Below are positions 8,673-18,365 of a DNA stretch of 42,559 bases, piece by piece. A program made the translations under genes and the position numbers. The stretch lies in the sequence record SRR20825019_475, one strand, 5' to 3'. The notes under the pieces are model-generated. The model saw only the letters and a list, made by a program, of their open reading frames with translations. It was not told where the DNA came from and did not search any database. Every line of letters starts with the position of its first letter. The stretch's first letter is position 1.

Positions 8673-9101
8673 ATGAATAACGGGATTGCGATCGGCAAGG
8701 TGTCGGAGGCAAGTGGGGTGAAGGTCCCCACCATTCGCTATTACGAGCAGATCGGCCTGCTGCCGGCACCGCCGCGCACGGACGGCGGGCGTCGGACCTA
8801 CGACAGCGCGGACACGGAGCGGCTGACCTTCATCCGCCATTCCCGCGAGCTCGGCTTCGATATCGACGAGATCAAGACCCTGCTGGAACTGCAGGATTCG
8901 CCGGCCCAGTCGTGTGAGCAGGCCGATGGGATCGCCAAGGCCCACCTGGTGGAAGTCAGGAAGAAGATCGCCAGCCTCACCGCGTTGCAGTACGAGCTGG
9001 AGCGCATGGTCGAGGGCTGCAGCCACGGTCGCGTCGAGACCTGCCGGGTCATCGAGATCCTGGCCGATCACGGCAAATGCCGGTATCACGGTGAGACCTG
9101 A
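8673..9101 (+). CDS. MerR-family metal-sensing regulator (CadR/PbrR/ZntR-like)
   Basis: Start trimmed to MNNGIAIG. HTH motif TIRYYEQIGLL...RRTY, LGFDIDEI; three sensor Cys (QSC, GCSHGRVETC); His/Cys tail. Confidence 0.93.
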   Translation: MNNGIAIGKVSEASGVKVPTIRYYEQIGLLPAPPRTDGGRRTYDSADTERLTFIRHSRELGFDIDEIKTLLELQDSPAQSCEQADGIAKAHLVEVRKKIASLTALQYELERMVEGCSHGRVETCRVIEILADHGKCRYHGET

Positions 9102-9248
9102 CACCCGGCCTGCGACAGTTCAGCGCAATACGGTCGGAACCGCGCCGAAACGCACCACGTCAGAACGACATCACGTGGTCGTGAACGTAGCCGCCGATTG
9201 TCCGCCTTTTTCTATGCCTTCAAATTCCAGCCGCGAATCGCGGGGGTC

Positions 9249-11204
9249 ATGACGGGGCAGATGCTGGGCGGGCACAAGAAATCGGGAAGGCGGCGCGTCG
9301 GGACTTTCGACGGGCTCGCCGCACGGGCCCTCGGCTATAGGGACGAGGCGGCTCTCACCACGCGTTCGGCGGACGGAAAAGAGCCCGGGTCGCGGGAACT
9401 GAGCGGCGCCTGGCTCGCCGGCACCGTCCTCACGGGTCTCACATCGGTCCTTCTCATGGGGGCTGCGCTTTACGTGTCGTTCTCGGATCTCGAGGGCTAC
9501 TCGACCGCCTACAAATCGCTCGAGGTCGAACGCGATGTGCCGCCGGCTGCCGCTGACGGCAAGACGAGCAGGGCGCGACCGGTGCTGGAGACGCGGTCCG
9601 ACCGGGAGGTCGTCTTCGCAAGCGTCATGGCCAGCGACGGGGCTTCGGAGGTCATCCGCAACGCATCCTTCGTGCGGGTCTCGGCCACCCTGGCCACCTC
9701 GCAGACCGCCTTGACGGACGATGTCGTCGCCTTTTCGCCGGAGAACTATATCGAGGCGCTGCCGGACGATGCCTTTTACGCGGTGGCGCAGCAGATCAGC
9801 ACCGACGTCTTGGGAGCGCCTTCGGCGGAGGTGAGCATCAGCTATGCCGCCCTCCCGTCCGGCTACGTGCCGCGGCGGGCGATCAGCGATGCCGTCGCCG
9901 CCGCCTATGTGGGCGCGACTTCATGGGGCGACTATTCCGAGCCGGGGGTCGCGATGGCCTATTTCGGATCGGAGGCGACCGCGCGAGCCGGCGCGCCGCT
10001 GGCCGGAATGGCCGAAAACGTCACCGTCGTGCCCAAGACGACAGTGGCCGAGGGCAGCAGGGCGACGTCCGAACGCATCGTCAAGCTCGACGCCGCCGCG
10101 CCGCTCCTCGACGCGCTGGTCTCAAATGGCTTCACAAGGGGCTCGGCAGCGGAGGTGCAGGAGATGATCCGCAACCTCTATAGGCTCTCGACCCTGAAGG
10201 CCGGATCGCGCCTGCGCATCCTGCTCGGCCCGTCCGGCAATGGCGGGGGACACGTTCCCTACCGGCTCAGCATCTATCTGCACGACGACGCCTCCAACAG
10301 CGATCGGCACGCGGTCACCGTCGCCCTGACCGATACCGGTCGCTACGTCGTGGCCCTCGCGCCGCCGGACATCCCCTTCTCGGAGGAAAGCACCGAGCAG
10401 ATCGATGTGGCCAATCTGCCCAGCATCTACCAGTCCATCTGGGAGACGGGCCGCCGCAACGGGGTCGCCGACGAGGTCATCTCCCAGATCGTGGCCCTCG
10501 TCGCCTATGACGCCGACCTGACCCGCCGCGTGCAGCCCGGTGACGGGATCGAGTTGCTCACCGCCGCGCCCGAGGGTGGCGCGAGCGAGCAATTGCTCTA
10601 TGCCGCGATATCCCTCGGCAATGCGGAGCGCCGGTTCTATCGCTATGTCGGGCCGGACGGCACTGTCGCGTTCTTCGACGAGCAGGGCGAGAGCGGCAAA
10701 CGCTTCCTGCTGCGTCGTCCGCTGGAGGGCGGCGGTCGCCTCACCTCTGCCATGGGGACGCGCATCGACCCGTTCAACGGCGGCAATGCGAACCACGAGG
10801 GGACGGATTTCGCCGCCCCGCGCGGCACGCCGATCTATGCTGCCGCCGATGGCGTCGTCGACATGGCGCAGTGGTATTCCGGTTACGGACGATACGTGCA
10901 GATCAAGCACCTGAACGGTTATCAGACCGCCTATGCGCACATGAACGCCATCGCCGATGGCATCGTCCCCGGCACCCGCGTCCGCCAGGGTCAGGTCATC
11001 GGCTATGTCGGCTCGACGGGCCGATCCACCGGCAATCACCTGCATTTCGAGCTGGAGATCAACGGACGCATCGCCGATCCCCTGGAGATCAAGCTGCCCC
11101 GGGCGAAGACCCTGCCGCCCCAATACATGGAAGACCTGCGCCGGACCATGGAACAGGTTCGGTCCATCATGGACATGCCGGCGGGCGGCTCCACCCACGC
11201 CTGA
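9249..11204 (+). CDS. Membrane-anchored M23 metallo-endopeptidase (MepM/RgsM-like)
   Basis: N-terminal TM (WLAGTVLTGLTSVLLMGAALYV). LytM motifs HEGTD, YAHM, GSTGRSTGNHLHFE. Start is 9249 or 9261. Confidence 0.9.
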   Translation: MTGQMLGGHKKSGRRRVGTFDGLAARALGYRDEAALTTRSADGKEPGSRELSGAWLAGTVLTGLTSVLLMGAALYVSFSDLEGYSTAYKSLEVERDVPPAAADGKTSRARPVLETRSDREVVFASVMASDGASEVIRNASFVRVSATLATSQTALTDDVVAFSPENYIEALPDDAFYAVAQQISTDVLGAPSAEVSISYAALPSGYVPRRAISDAVAAAYVGATSWGDYSEPGVAMAYFGSEATARAGAPLAGMAENVTVVPKTTVAEGSRATSERIVKLDAAAPLLDALVSNGFTRGSAAEVQEMIRNLYRLSTLKAGSRLRILLGPSGNGGGHVPYRLSIYLHDDASNSDRHAVTVALTDTGRYVVALAPPDIPFSEESTEQIDVANLPSIYQSIWETGRRNGVADEVISQIVALVAYDADLTRRVQPGDGIELLTAAPEGGASEQLLYAAISLGNAERRFYRYVGPDGTVAFFDEQGESGKRFLLRRPLEGGGRLTSAMGTRIDPFNGGNANHEGTDFAAPRGTPIYAAADGVVDMAQWYSGYGRYVQIKHLNGYQTAYAHMNAIADGIVPGTRVRQGQVIGYVGSTGRSTGNHLHFELEINGRIADPLEIKLPRAKTLPPQYMEDLRRTMEQVRSIMDMPAGGSTHA

Positions 11205-11379
11205 TGGCATCTCGGGATTTCATCCGAGAAGACCGCCCCACCTGACGACATTGCTGTCGGATTCCAGCTGCCTATGCTGTCAAAGGCAAGACGCTGCCAG
11301 TCTATATTGTGCTGGGTCCACCTATGAGAACGATTGACACAATCGCAATCCTTCGCCGGTAATCAGGTAAAATACTCGC

Positions 11380-12768
11380 GTGGGGACGGCGAAAATGGAT
11401 TGGAAGACGCTCACAACCAAAGATCGGTTCTATCAGGATCGAATGGACGGAGCGGATAATCCTGACGCTGAAGGTTTCACGCTGTTTCAACAGGATGCGC
11501 AAAGGATACTGTACAGCAGTGCTTTTCGTCGGCTGCAGGGCAAGACGCAAGTCCATCCCTTTCCGAGCTTTGACTATCTGCGGACGCGACTGACCCACAG
11601 CATCGAGGTCGCCAATGTCGCCCGGTCGATAGCAACGAGAATAGCGGACATCCTTCAGAAGGATGACGATACGGTGAACCCAGTCGATTGGGGCGACATC
11701 GTATACTGCGCGAGCCTCATCCACGACATCGGGAATCCGCCTTTCGGCCATGTCGGCGAGTACGCGATCCAGTCATGGTTCGAAGACAACAAGGAAAAGG
11801 GAGCGATCGGCGACGTTCTGGGCGACGAGCGATATGCCGGGGATTTTTTGGGCTTCGAGGGTAATGCCCAGGTTTTCCGTGTCGTCACCCGCCTCGCCGG
11901 CTGGCGGGAGCAGGGGGGGCTGCGGTTGACCAATTCCGTGCTGGCATCATTCATCAAGTATCCCTATGGATCGACCAAACGCTTCTCGTCCCGCTACAAG
12001 TCGCCGGGAAAATCGAAGTTCGGCTTTACATGGGACGACAGGGATGCTGCCGCGGAGGTGTTCAAGTCTGTCGGGATACCCCATAAGGAGCAGGAAGGAT
12101 ATGCAAGGCATCCCTTCGTGCATATCCTCGAGGCAGCCGACGACATCTGCTACCGCACGACCGATATCGAGGACGCTTTTCGGATAGGCCACCTGCAATT
12201 CAAGGCCGCGGAAACATTGCTTCGTCCGTTGGCGGAGAAAGGCGGCGATCCCAAACGGTATAACGAAATCCCGGAAGCCGAGGAGCAGGATAGGATCGCC
12301 TACCTGAGGTCCGGAGCGATCGTGGGTCTCTCGAAGATCGCGGTTCGCCGTTTCATCGATATGAAGGATACGATCGAGGCGGACAGCCTGGGGCAGGACC
12401 TGATCAAGGATCCCAACGTGGCCGGTGATCTGGAGGCGATCGCCGAGGCCTGCAGGGACAAGGTCTACAAGGAACGGCGAAAGCTCGAGACCGAGAGCGC
12501 CGGCATAACCATTCTATCCTATCTGCTCGAGCATCTGACCGGCATGGCCATGTCGAAGGCATCGGGCAAGGATCTCAAGACCAAGGAGCGCCATCTCTAC
12601 GATCTGCTCCCGAGCCACTCCCGGGCCGCTTTGGATGCAGCCGGCCTAAACAAGTACAAGGCGCTTCTGGTCATCACGGACTACATCTCGGGGATGACCG
12701 ATCGTTACGCCCACGAACTGTTCCTGAAGCTCAACGGCACCAGCCCGCTGATAGGGCGGATGACCTGA
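11380..12768 (+). CDS. dgt: dGTP triphosphohydrolase (HD superfamily), possibly anti-phage
   Basis: FRRLQGKTQV, RTRLTHSIEV, HDIGNPPFGH, FEGNAQ, EAADDICY, DYISGMTD. Start is GTG 11380 or ATG 11395. Confidence 0.92.
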   Translation: MGTAKMDWKTLTTKDRFYQDRMDGADNPDAEGFTLFQQDAQRILYSSAFRRLQGKTQVHPFPSFDYLRTRLTHSIEVANVARSIATRIADILQKDDDTVNPVDWGDIVYCASLIHDIGNPPFGHVGEYAIQSWFEDNKEKGAIGDVLGDERYAGDFLGFEGNAQVFRVVTRLAGWREQGGLRLTNSVLASFIKYPYGSTKRFSSRYKSPGKSKFGFTWDDRDAAAEVFKSVGIPHKEQEGYARHPFVHILEAADDICYRTTDIEDAFRIGHLQFKAAETLLRPLAEKGGDPKRYNEIPEAEEQDRIAYLRSGAIVGLSKIAVRRFIDMKDTIEADSLGQDLIKDPNVAGDLEAIAEACRDKVYKERRKLETESAGITILSYLLEHLTGMAMSKASGKDLKTKERHLYDLLPSHSRAALDAAGLNKYKALLVITDYISGMTDRYAHELFLKLNGTSPLIGRMT

Positions 12769-12769
12769 T

Positions 12770-13009
12770 TCAGGAGTTGACGAGTTCTTCGCGGTGCTTT
12801 TCGACCAGCGTGCTCGCCAACTCGATCAAGGCGTTGTTCACGTTGGTGCCGGCGAAGTCGTTTCCTATCGTCGCGTAGAGCCGCCCCACGACGGTGTCCA
12901 TCGCCGCGGTCGTGTTGATCGGCTGATTGTGGGACTGCGCTTCTTCGATTCGCTTCAGGGTTCCATCGACGATCTGACGTGCAATGGGTGAGAGCTCGGA
13001 CCTGGACAT
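12770..13009 (-). CDS. 79-aa hypothetical helical protein
   Basis: ATG with AGGT upstream, plausible composition, stop abuts the dgt stop, SOS box upstream. Confidence 0.6.
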   Translation of the reverse strand: MSRSELSPIARQIVDGTLKRIEEAQSHNQPINTTAAMDTVVGRLYATIGNDFAGTNVNNALIELASTLVEKHREELVNS

Positions 13010-13039
13010 CGCTAAACCTGTCTTGCTCGGACTGATTTG

Positions 13040-13054
13040 GAACGTTACCGGAAC
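13040..13054 (-). promoter_or_regulatory. Alphaproteobacterial LexA (SOS) box
   Basis: GAAC-GTTACCG-GAAC, read as GTTC-N7-GTTC on the minus strand, about 30 bp upstream of ATG 13009. Confidence 0.7.
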
Positions 13055-13299
13055 ATGAATACCATGGAACGGCGACCGAATCTTCTACCGAGATGCGTCT
13101 GCATTATTCTATCCCCACATTTCGGTTAGCAAATGCATAAATCAACGGGCCGCCGATAACAGTTTCTTGGACGATCAATGGTCGTGACCACGAACGCGTT
13201 CCACGGAGTGCTGCAGTTGCCGGCGTCGAGGCGGCTGTTCCTGCGGTCGGCACAGGGCTGCTTTGGGCAAGGTGTGCCCGCCCCGGTTGTGGTTTTCCG

Positions 13300-14697
13300 T
13301 CACCGTTGGTCGAGTCGGGTCTTCTGGACCCCGATAGCTCTTTGACCCGCCATGACGAAATCCACGATGGATGTCTTGAAGGCGTCGTAGTCCTCCTCGT
13401 CGCCCATCCCCATCGATACCCCCAGAGCTCTCGCGATAGGCACGAAAAGGGCTATTGCGATCCAGATGACGTTGGATTGATCTGTCTCTCCGGGCTGTGG
13501 CGCCGCCAGATCGAAATAGGAGTGATGGCTCTTGCCGGGGTGGATCTCCGCTTCGTCGCGCAGGGTGAGCGCCAGTCCTTGCTGCTCGTACTCGTCCAGC
13601 ACATGGGTAGCGTCGAAGAAGGGGATGGTCCTCCACACGCCTGCGATCCTGATCTTGACGGCCATCTTCTCGGTCCAGCCGAATTCCTTAGCCAAGGCCA
13701 GGTGCTTCCGGGCCAACGCCATGAGAACGATCATCAGCAGGTTCAGGTCGATGACTGTCGGATCCTTGTAGCGCTGCTGGCGGCAAAGCCCGATGAAACG
13801 ATCGGCGTGATCGTAGCCCCGGAACAACGCGTGCAGGCTCGCGAGATTGCCGCCGCGGAATTTCGGCAGGGGGACGACGATCTCGCTGCAGAAGTCCGTC
13901 CGCAGGGTCCATGTGAGCGTCAGGGACTGGGGGTCGGTGATTTGGGCCTGTCGGCAGACATAGGCGCCCGTGGTGCGATAGACGTTGTCGAAGGAGAGCG
14001 TGAAGTCGCCGCTCGTATCCCGCATTATCTCCCGGATCTTTCCGATGGGGACGTCCTTCACGGGTTCATGGTCGCCCCAGAAATCGGCGATGAGGAAGAT
14101 GCGGACATGCGCGACGTCTTCCTCGGCCTCGGAAGTCTCGAGATCGCGGTTCGTCCATTCCGCAAAATGGTCGGTGACCTTGGTGGAGCGTGCCGACAGA
14201 AGATCGAGCATGTGGCGATCCGTTTCGTGACGCGGTTCCGAGCCGTCCGCCACGCGCCTATAGATCCGGCCATCCTTGTGGATGAACGGAGCATCGGCGC
14301 CCCATGGAACTCGGACGGCGACCACGCAGCGATCTTCCGGCAGACCGATGCCGGGCTCGGGACCGAACAGCGCCTTCGCCTCGAAATACGGCGTCGGCTG
14401 GATATGGTTCGCGGCGCTCTGGCGAATGCGCTGCAGCAGGGCGTCGGCCTCCTGTCGCGGGATGCCCGGGAATTCGCCCGCGACGGCATCATCCTTGGAC
14501 TTCTCCGCAATTCCGTAGAAGATCCATCCCCCATAGGTATTGGCGAACGCGGAGATGGACTTTGCAACGGCGCCCGCATTCGACACCTCCCTCTTGTACT
14601 CGACGTACCACCCCTCTGCTACGCCCCTGAGAACGGCGAGGTCGGCGGGTACGATGTCGACAATACTCTTCGAGAACGGGTTGAAGTCGTGACGCAT
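13300..14697 (-). CDS. Schlafen/AlbA_2 domain protein with uncharacterised C-terminal region
   Basis: EGWYVEYKRE...AKSISAFANTYGGWIFYGI...IYRRVADGS matches the AlbA_2 signature. Confidence 0.85.
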   Translation of the reverse strand: MRHDFNPFSKSIVDIVPADLAVLRGVAEGWYVEYKREVSNAGAVAKSISAFANTYGGWIFYGIAEKSKDDAVAGEFPGIPRQEADALLQRIRQSAANHIQPTPYFEAKALFGPEPGIGLPEDRCVVAVRVPWGADAPFIHKDGRIYRRVADGSEPRHETDRHMLDLLSARSTKVTDHFAEWTNRDLETSEAEEDVAHVRIFLIADFWGDHEPVKDVPIGKIREIMRDTSGDFTLSFDNVYRTTGAYVCRQAQITDPQSLTLTWTLRTDFCSEIVVPLPKFRGGNLASLHALFRGYDHADRFIGLCRQQRYKDPTVIDLNLLMIVLMALARKHLALAKEFGWTEKMAVKIRIAGVWRTIPFFDATHVLDEYEQQGLALTLRDEAEIHPGKSHHSYFDLAAPQPGETDQSNVIWIAIALFVPIARALGVSMGMGDEEDYDAFKTSIVDFVMAGQRAIGVQKTRLDQR

Positions 14698-14787
14698 GGG
14701 TGCACCTGTGCGAACGGCAGCCTCTGCCGGGCCGGCTCGAAGCTGCCTATGTCAGGCGAGTCGAGCAAGTACGGTGGAAAACGGCGG

Positions 14788-15564
14788 CTAGACCCGATCG
14801 TCCGATGCTGCAGGACAGGCGCCGAGGGGATCGAGCGGGTTGGTACGCGGATCATTGCGGTTGAACACGTAGCGCTTTTCGCAGACGTCCCAGTTGGGCG
14901 GCTTGCGGTTCCGATCGAAGAGATCGGTGCCTTCCTTGAGGTTGGCCCAGAAGGCCGCGTGCGGACTTGAGGCATTGGCCGCCATGTTGGCGTCCGTCAT
15001 GCGGAAGGGCAGCAATTGCACCTGGAAGGAACGATTGCCTCCCGTGAAGGATTCGCGCGCCAGGGCGTAGATTTCCTTGATCTGGTCGTTGGTCACGGCA
15101 TAGCAGCCCACCGACTTGCAGTCGCCGTGGATCATGAGGTTGGTGCCGGCGCGGCCCCAGGCACGGTCGAACTTGTTCGGGAAGCCGACGTTGAACGACA
15201 GCCAGTAGGACGATTTCGGGTTCATCAGCCCAGGCGTGACGTCGTAGAAGCCCTCGGGGGACTGGTAGTCGCCTTCGCGGAACTTGGGTCCGAGCTCGCC
15301 CGACCAGTTGCAGATCTCGTAGGTCTTGAACAAGACATAATCGCCAGTATTGGTCCGCTTCCAGACCTCCAGTTCCGAGCTCTGCTTGTAGACGCGGATC
15401 ACCATGGGCTCGGTCGGCGACGATCCCATCGCCGCCAGGCGTTGCACCGTGTCGCGGCTGAGCGGGACCATATGGCGGTTGTCCCCGACGAACTGGCTGC
15501 TGCACGCCGAGAGGACGATCACGGAGATCAGAAGGACGAGGGCCCGGAAGGCGAAGCTTGGCAT
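14788..15564 (-). CDS. L,D-transpeptidase-family lipoprotein (YafK/LdtF/DpaA-like)
   Basis: Start trimmed to MPSFAFR (alternative 15579). Lipobox LSAC, IRVYKQSSELEVWK, GPKFREGDYQSPEGFY, IHGDCKSVGC. Confidence 0.88.
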   Translation of the reverse strand: MPSFAFRALVLLISVIVLSACSSQFVGDNRHMVPLSRDTVQRLAAMGSSPTEPMVIRVYKQSSELEVWKRTNTGDYVLFKTYEICNWSGELGPKFREGDYQSPEGFYDVTPGLMNPKSSYWLSFNVGFPNKFDRAWGRAGTNLMIHGDCKSVGCYAVTNDQIKEIYALARESFTGGNRSFQVQLLPFRMTDANMAANASSPHAAFWANLKEGTDLFDRNRKPPNWDVCEKRYVFNRNDPRTNPLDPLGACPAASDDRV

Positions 15565-15695
15565 GGCGGTCCCGTTCATTTTTCGGCAACCATATGGCGG
15601 CGGGGTTACCGGAAGGTTTTCCGTGCCGCAGATGTGATCGACGACAGCCGAAACCCTCCTTACCATCCGGTCGTACGAGCCGAGAGGAAAAGCCG

Positions 15696-16004
15696 TTGCG
15701 AACCGCGCCGATCGCCGACCGTGTATTGTGCGATATGTCGGAGATATTCCGTCTGCTGGGTGACCCCACAAGGCTCGGGATATTGCTGTGCTGCCTCGAG
15801 GAAGCGAAGGCCGTTGGCCGGATCGCGGACGAGCTCTCGCTCCAGCAGACCTCGGTGAGCCGCCACCTGCGTCTGTTGCGCGGTGCCGGGCTCGTCGCTC
15901 GCGAGCGGGACGGCAAGCGGGTATTCTACAGGGTCGGGGACGACCATGTCAGAAGCATTCTGGCAAATGTCGTCGCCCATCTCGACGAAGAAGCCGACGT
16001 TTGA
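15696..16004 (+). CDS. ArsR/SmtB-family metalloregulator, alpha5 (SmtB/CzrA) type
   Basis: GAGAGG RBS then TTG. FRLLGDPTRL, SVSRHLRLLR, RDGKRVFY; exact D-x-H-x10-H-x2-E site (DDH...HLDE). Confidence 0.9.
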   Translation: MRTAPIADRVLCDMSEIFRLLGDPTRLGILLCCLEEAKAVGRIADELSLQQTSVSRHLRLLRGAGLVARERDGKRVFYRVGDDHVRSILANVVAHLDEEADV

Positions 16005-16036
16005 TTGCGGGCGGGAGGGACCCGCGCGAGGCTTCC

Positions 16037-16954
16037 TCACTCCTTACGAACGAGGTCCGTGTCGTGTTCGATGCCGTCAGCGGCCTCGATCTCGATGGTC
16101 GCGTGGTCGATGTCGAAATCGTCGTGCAATTCCCGCTTCAGCCGTTCTTTCAGCGCGGTCGCCGCGGATAGTTCGGGCTCATCGACGATCAGGTGGACTT
16201 GCAGAGCGGTCCGATCCTCGCTGATTTGCCAGACGTGGAGGTGATGCACGTCCGATACGCCGGCAGTGCCTTGCAGCCTTGCGACCAGTTCGTCGTGGTG
16301 GAAACCTTTCGGCGCGCTGTCCATCAGCACCGCGATCGCCTCGCGGATTTCCCGCGACGCATGGATGAGGACGTAGACCGCGATCATGGCGGTGACGACG
16401 GGGTCGATCCATGAGACAGCCGGGCCCCAGACCATGATCGCGACGCCGCTGGCTATCACCGCCACCGTGGCTAGGGCATCGGCGATCATGTGCAGGAAGG
16501 TGCTGCGCACGTTGAGGCTGCCGAGATCCTTGCGCAACACCCAGGCGGCGGCGACGTCCTCGACGAAGGCGATGGCTCCCACGATCAATACCGTCGTGGC
16601 CACGACTTCTGTCGGCTCGAACAGGCGGGAACCCGCTTCGTAGAGCAGGTAGAGGCCGATCATGATGAGCGCAGTGAGGTTGATGAGCGCTCCGACCGTC
16701 TCGGCCCGGGCATAGCCGAAGGTCCGCTTTTCGTTGGCGGCGCGCCTGGAGATGCGCCAGGCGATATAGGAGACCAGCACCGCTCCGGCATCGGAGAGAT
16801 TGTGCGCTGCGTCGGCGATAAGCGCCAGCGAACCGGAGAAAACGCCGCCGACGACTTCGGCGGCGGTAATGCCCAGGTTCAGCGCCAGGGCGATCAGCAG
16901 ACGGCGGCCACGATCGGGCGATCGAGCCGCCGTTTCTCTTTGCATGTGAGCCAT
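16037..16954 (-). CDS. czcD: Cation diffusion facilitator (CzcD/ZitB-like)
   Basis: SLALIADAAHNLSD and FLHMIAD (HD-HD site), TFGYARAE, VHHLHVW, HATIEIE. Confidence 0.93.
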   Translation of the reverse strand: MAHMQRETAARSPDRGRRLLIALALNLGITAAEVVGGVFSGSLALIADAAHNLSDAGAVLVSYIAWRISRRAANEKRTFGYARAETVGALINLTALIMIGLYLLYEAGSRLFEPTEVVATTVLIVGAIAFVEDVAAAWVLRKDLGSLNVRSTFLHMIADALATVAVIASGVAIMVWGPAVSWIDPVVTAMIAVYVLIHASREIREAIAVLMDSAPKGFHHDELVARLQGTAGVSDVHHLHVWQISEDRTALQVHLIVDEPELSAATALKERLKRELHDDFDIDHATIEIEAADGIEHDTDLVRKE

Positions 16955-16988
16955 TCGAGCCTCCTCGGAGCCTCAACGCATCCGGACG

Positions 16989-17642
16989 CTAACTGGTTTT
17001 CTCCACCTCGGCGGCGACGAGGTCGGCCAATTGCTGCGGACCGAAATCGACGAGTTCCTGCCCGTTCACGTAGAAGGTCGGCGTCTGCGCGATGCCCAGC
17101 GCCTCCAGATCCGTCATCTCCTGCCGCAGGGTCGCGGTCACGTCCTCGCCCTGTGCATCGGTGCGCGCCCGGGAAAGATCGAGGCCGGCTCCCGCCGCGG
17201 CTTGCCAGGCGAGATCGAGATTAGGCGCCCCATGGGCGGCCCAACTCGGCTGCGCGGCCAGCAATGCCTCCAGCACCGGCAGGAAAAGGTTCTGCTTGCG
17301 CGCCGCTTCGAGGATGCGGACCGCCTGGTCCGACCCTTCGTGCAGCGGAGCATAACGCAGCACCAGTCGCACACGGTCCGGATCACGGTCCATGATTTGC
17401 TTGACGATGGGATAGAACGCCCGGCAGGCCTCGCAAGAGGGGTCGAACCACTCGACGATCGTCACCGGCGCGTTCTGGGGACCGATCACGGGCGAGTTGA
17501 ACCGCACCAGGTTGGACGGTGCGACGGGTTCGGCGGTGGCGGCACGCGGGTTGCCGGCGAATTGCGGATAGAGGATCGCCCCGATGGCGAGAACGAGGAC
17601 GGCGACTGCCGCGGTGGCAAGGACCACTAGGCGACGATTCAT
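16989..17642 (-). CDS. DsbA-family thioredoxin-fold protein (BdbD-like)
   Basis: Start trimmed to MNRRLVV (overlaps the dsbB-like stop). TM, DPSCEAC, cis-Pro loop QTPTF. Confidence 0.9.
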   Translation of the reverse strand: MNRRLVVLATAAVAVLVLAIGAILYPQFAGNPRAATAEPVAPSNLVRFNSPVIGPQNAPVTIVEWFDPSCEACRAFYPIVKQIMDRDPDRVRLVLRYAPLHEGSDQAVRILEAARKQNLFLPVLEALLAAQPSWAAHGAPNLDLAWQAAAGAGLDLSRARTDAQGEDVTATLRQEMTDLEALGIAQTPTFYVNGQELVDFGPQQLADLVAAEVEKTS

Positions 17643-18070
17643 GAGGGGCGACTCCGGTTGACGAGTAAAAGGCATAGTAGGATGGCGGCGAAGGCCGACA
17701 AAGACAGCAGAGGCAGCGGGACGACGCTGAACAGGGTCATGGCTTCGTCCGAACAGGACGGACCCGTAGCGGTGCAGGGCTGAATGGCCTCAGGGACGAT
17801 GCCGTAGAACAGGAGGGAATGGAACGCGGCGAAGCCGAATCCGGCGATGGCCAGCGGGGCCGAATGCAGGATCGCGTTCCGGTCCGAGAGGAACGCGCCA
17901 ACGCCCAAGGTGATCACCAGGGGGAACATGGCGATCCGTTGGTACCAGCAGAGCACGCACGGCGCCTGTCCCATCACCTCGCCGATGAACAGGGCGCCTA
18001 GCGTCGCTACCAGGGCGACGGCCCATGCCGAGAAGAGCCAGGTCCAGGATCGATCATCTGTTGCGGACAT
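17639..18070 (-). CDS. dsbB: Disulfide bond formation protein B family (DsbB/BdbC-like)
   Basis: Four TMs, PCVLCWYQR, second Cys pair PCTATGPSC. Confidence 0.9.
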   Translation of the reverse strand: MSATDDRSWTWLFSAWAVALVATLGALFIGEVMGQAPCVLCWYQRIAMFPLVITLGVGAFLSDRNAILHSAPLAIAGFGFAAFHSLLFYGIVPEAIQPCTATGPSCSDEAMTLFSVVPLPLLSLSAFAAILLCLLLVNRSRPS

Positions 18071-18093
18071 GCGGGACTCCGAATTGCGCGCGC

Positions 18094-18124
18094 AACCTAC
18101 GACCTCAAGCCGCTAGAGGAGCAA
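18094..18124 (-). promoter_or_regulatory. Second MerR-type promoter-operator, for dsbB-dsbA-czcD
   Basis: Minus strand: TTGCTC, 19-bp spacer CTCTAGCGGCTTGAGGTCG, then TAGGTT. Same -35 and geometry as 8635-8665. Confidence 0.8.
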
Positions 18125-18328
18125 GACAAAATTGTCGCAGTCTGCTCGATAGCAATCCTGATTTCGGGAAAAAGTGGTGTGGCCGAAAACCATTTGTCGT
18201 CAGCGCAACCCTCAACTTCACGCCTACACTGATCGCGTCAACGGACCATCTTTCAACTGCTTAATCCCGGTTAGCGTAGGTCCACCGCTAGGTTGACCAA
18301 GCTCCCTCGACATTGCGCAAGAGATCCG

Positions 18329-18353
18329 TTATGCAAATGACTTGCAATTGCAT
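18329..18353 (+). promoter_or_regulatory. Putative Mur/Fur-type box upstream of mntH
   Basis: TTATGCAAATGACTTGCAATTGCAT contains the palindrome TGCAA-N5-TTGCA, resembling rhizobial Mur sites, immediately before mntH. Confidence 0.6.
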
Positions 18354-18365
18354 ATGTGGATTGTC

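Noticed and set aside
9137-9151. GAAC-N7-AAAC as a LexA box before the M23 gene
   Set aside because: One half-site is mismatched and there is no supporting context.
14750-14764. TGTCAGGCGAGTCGA as the opposite transposon end
   Set aside because: It shares TGTCAGG with the terminus, but the GAGTC spacing is wrong, no further sites follow, and it is not preceded by TATCT.
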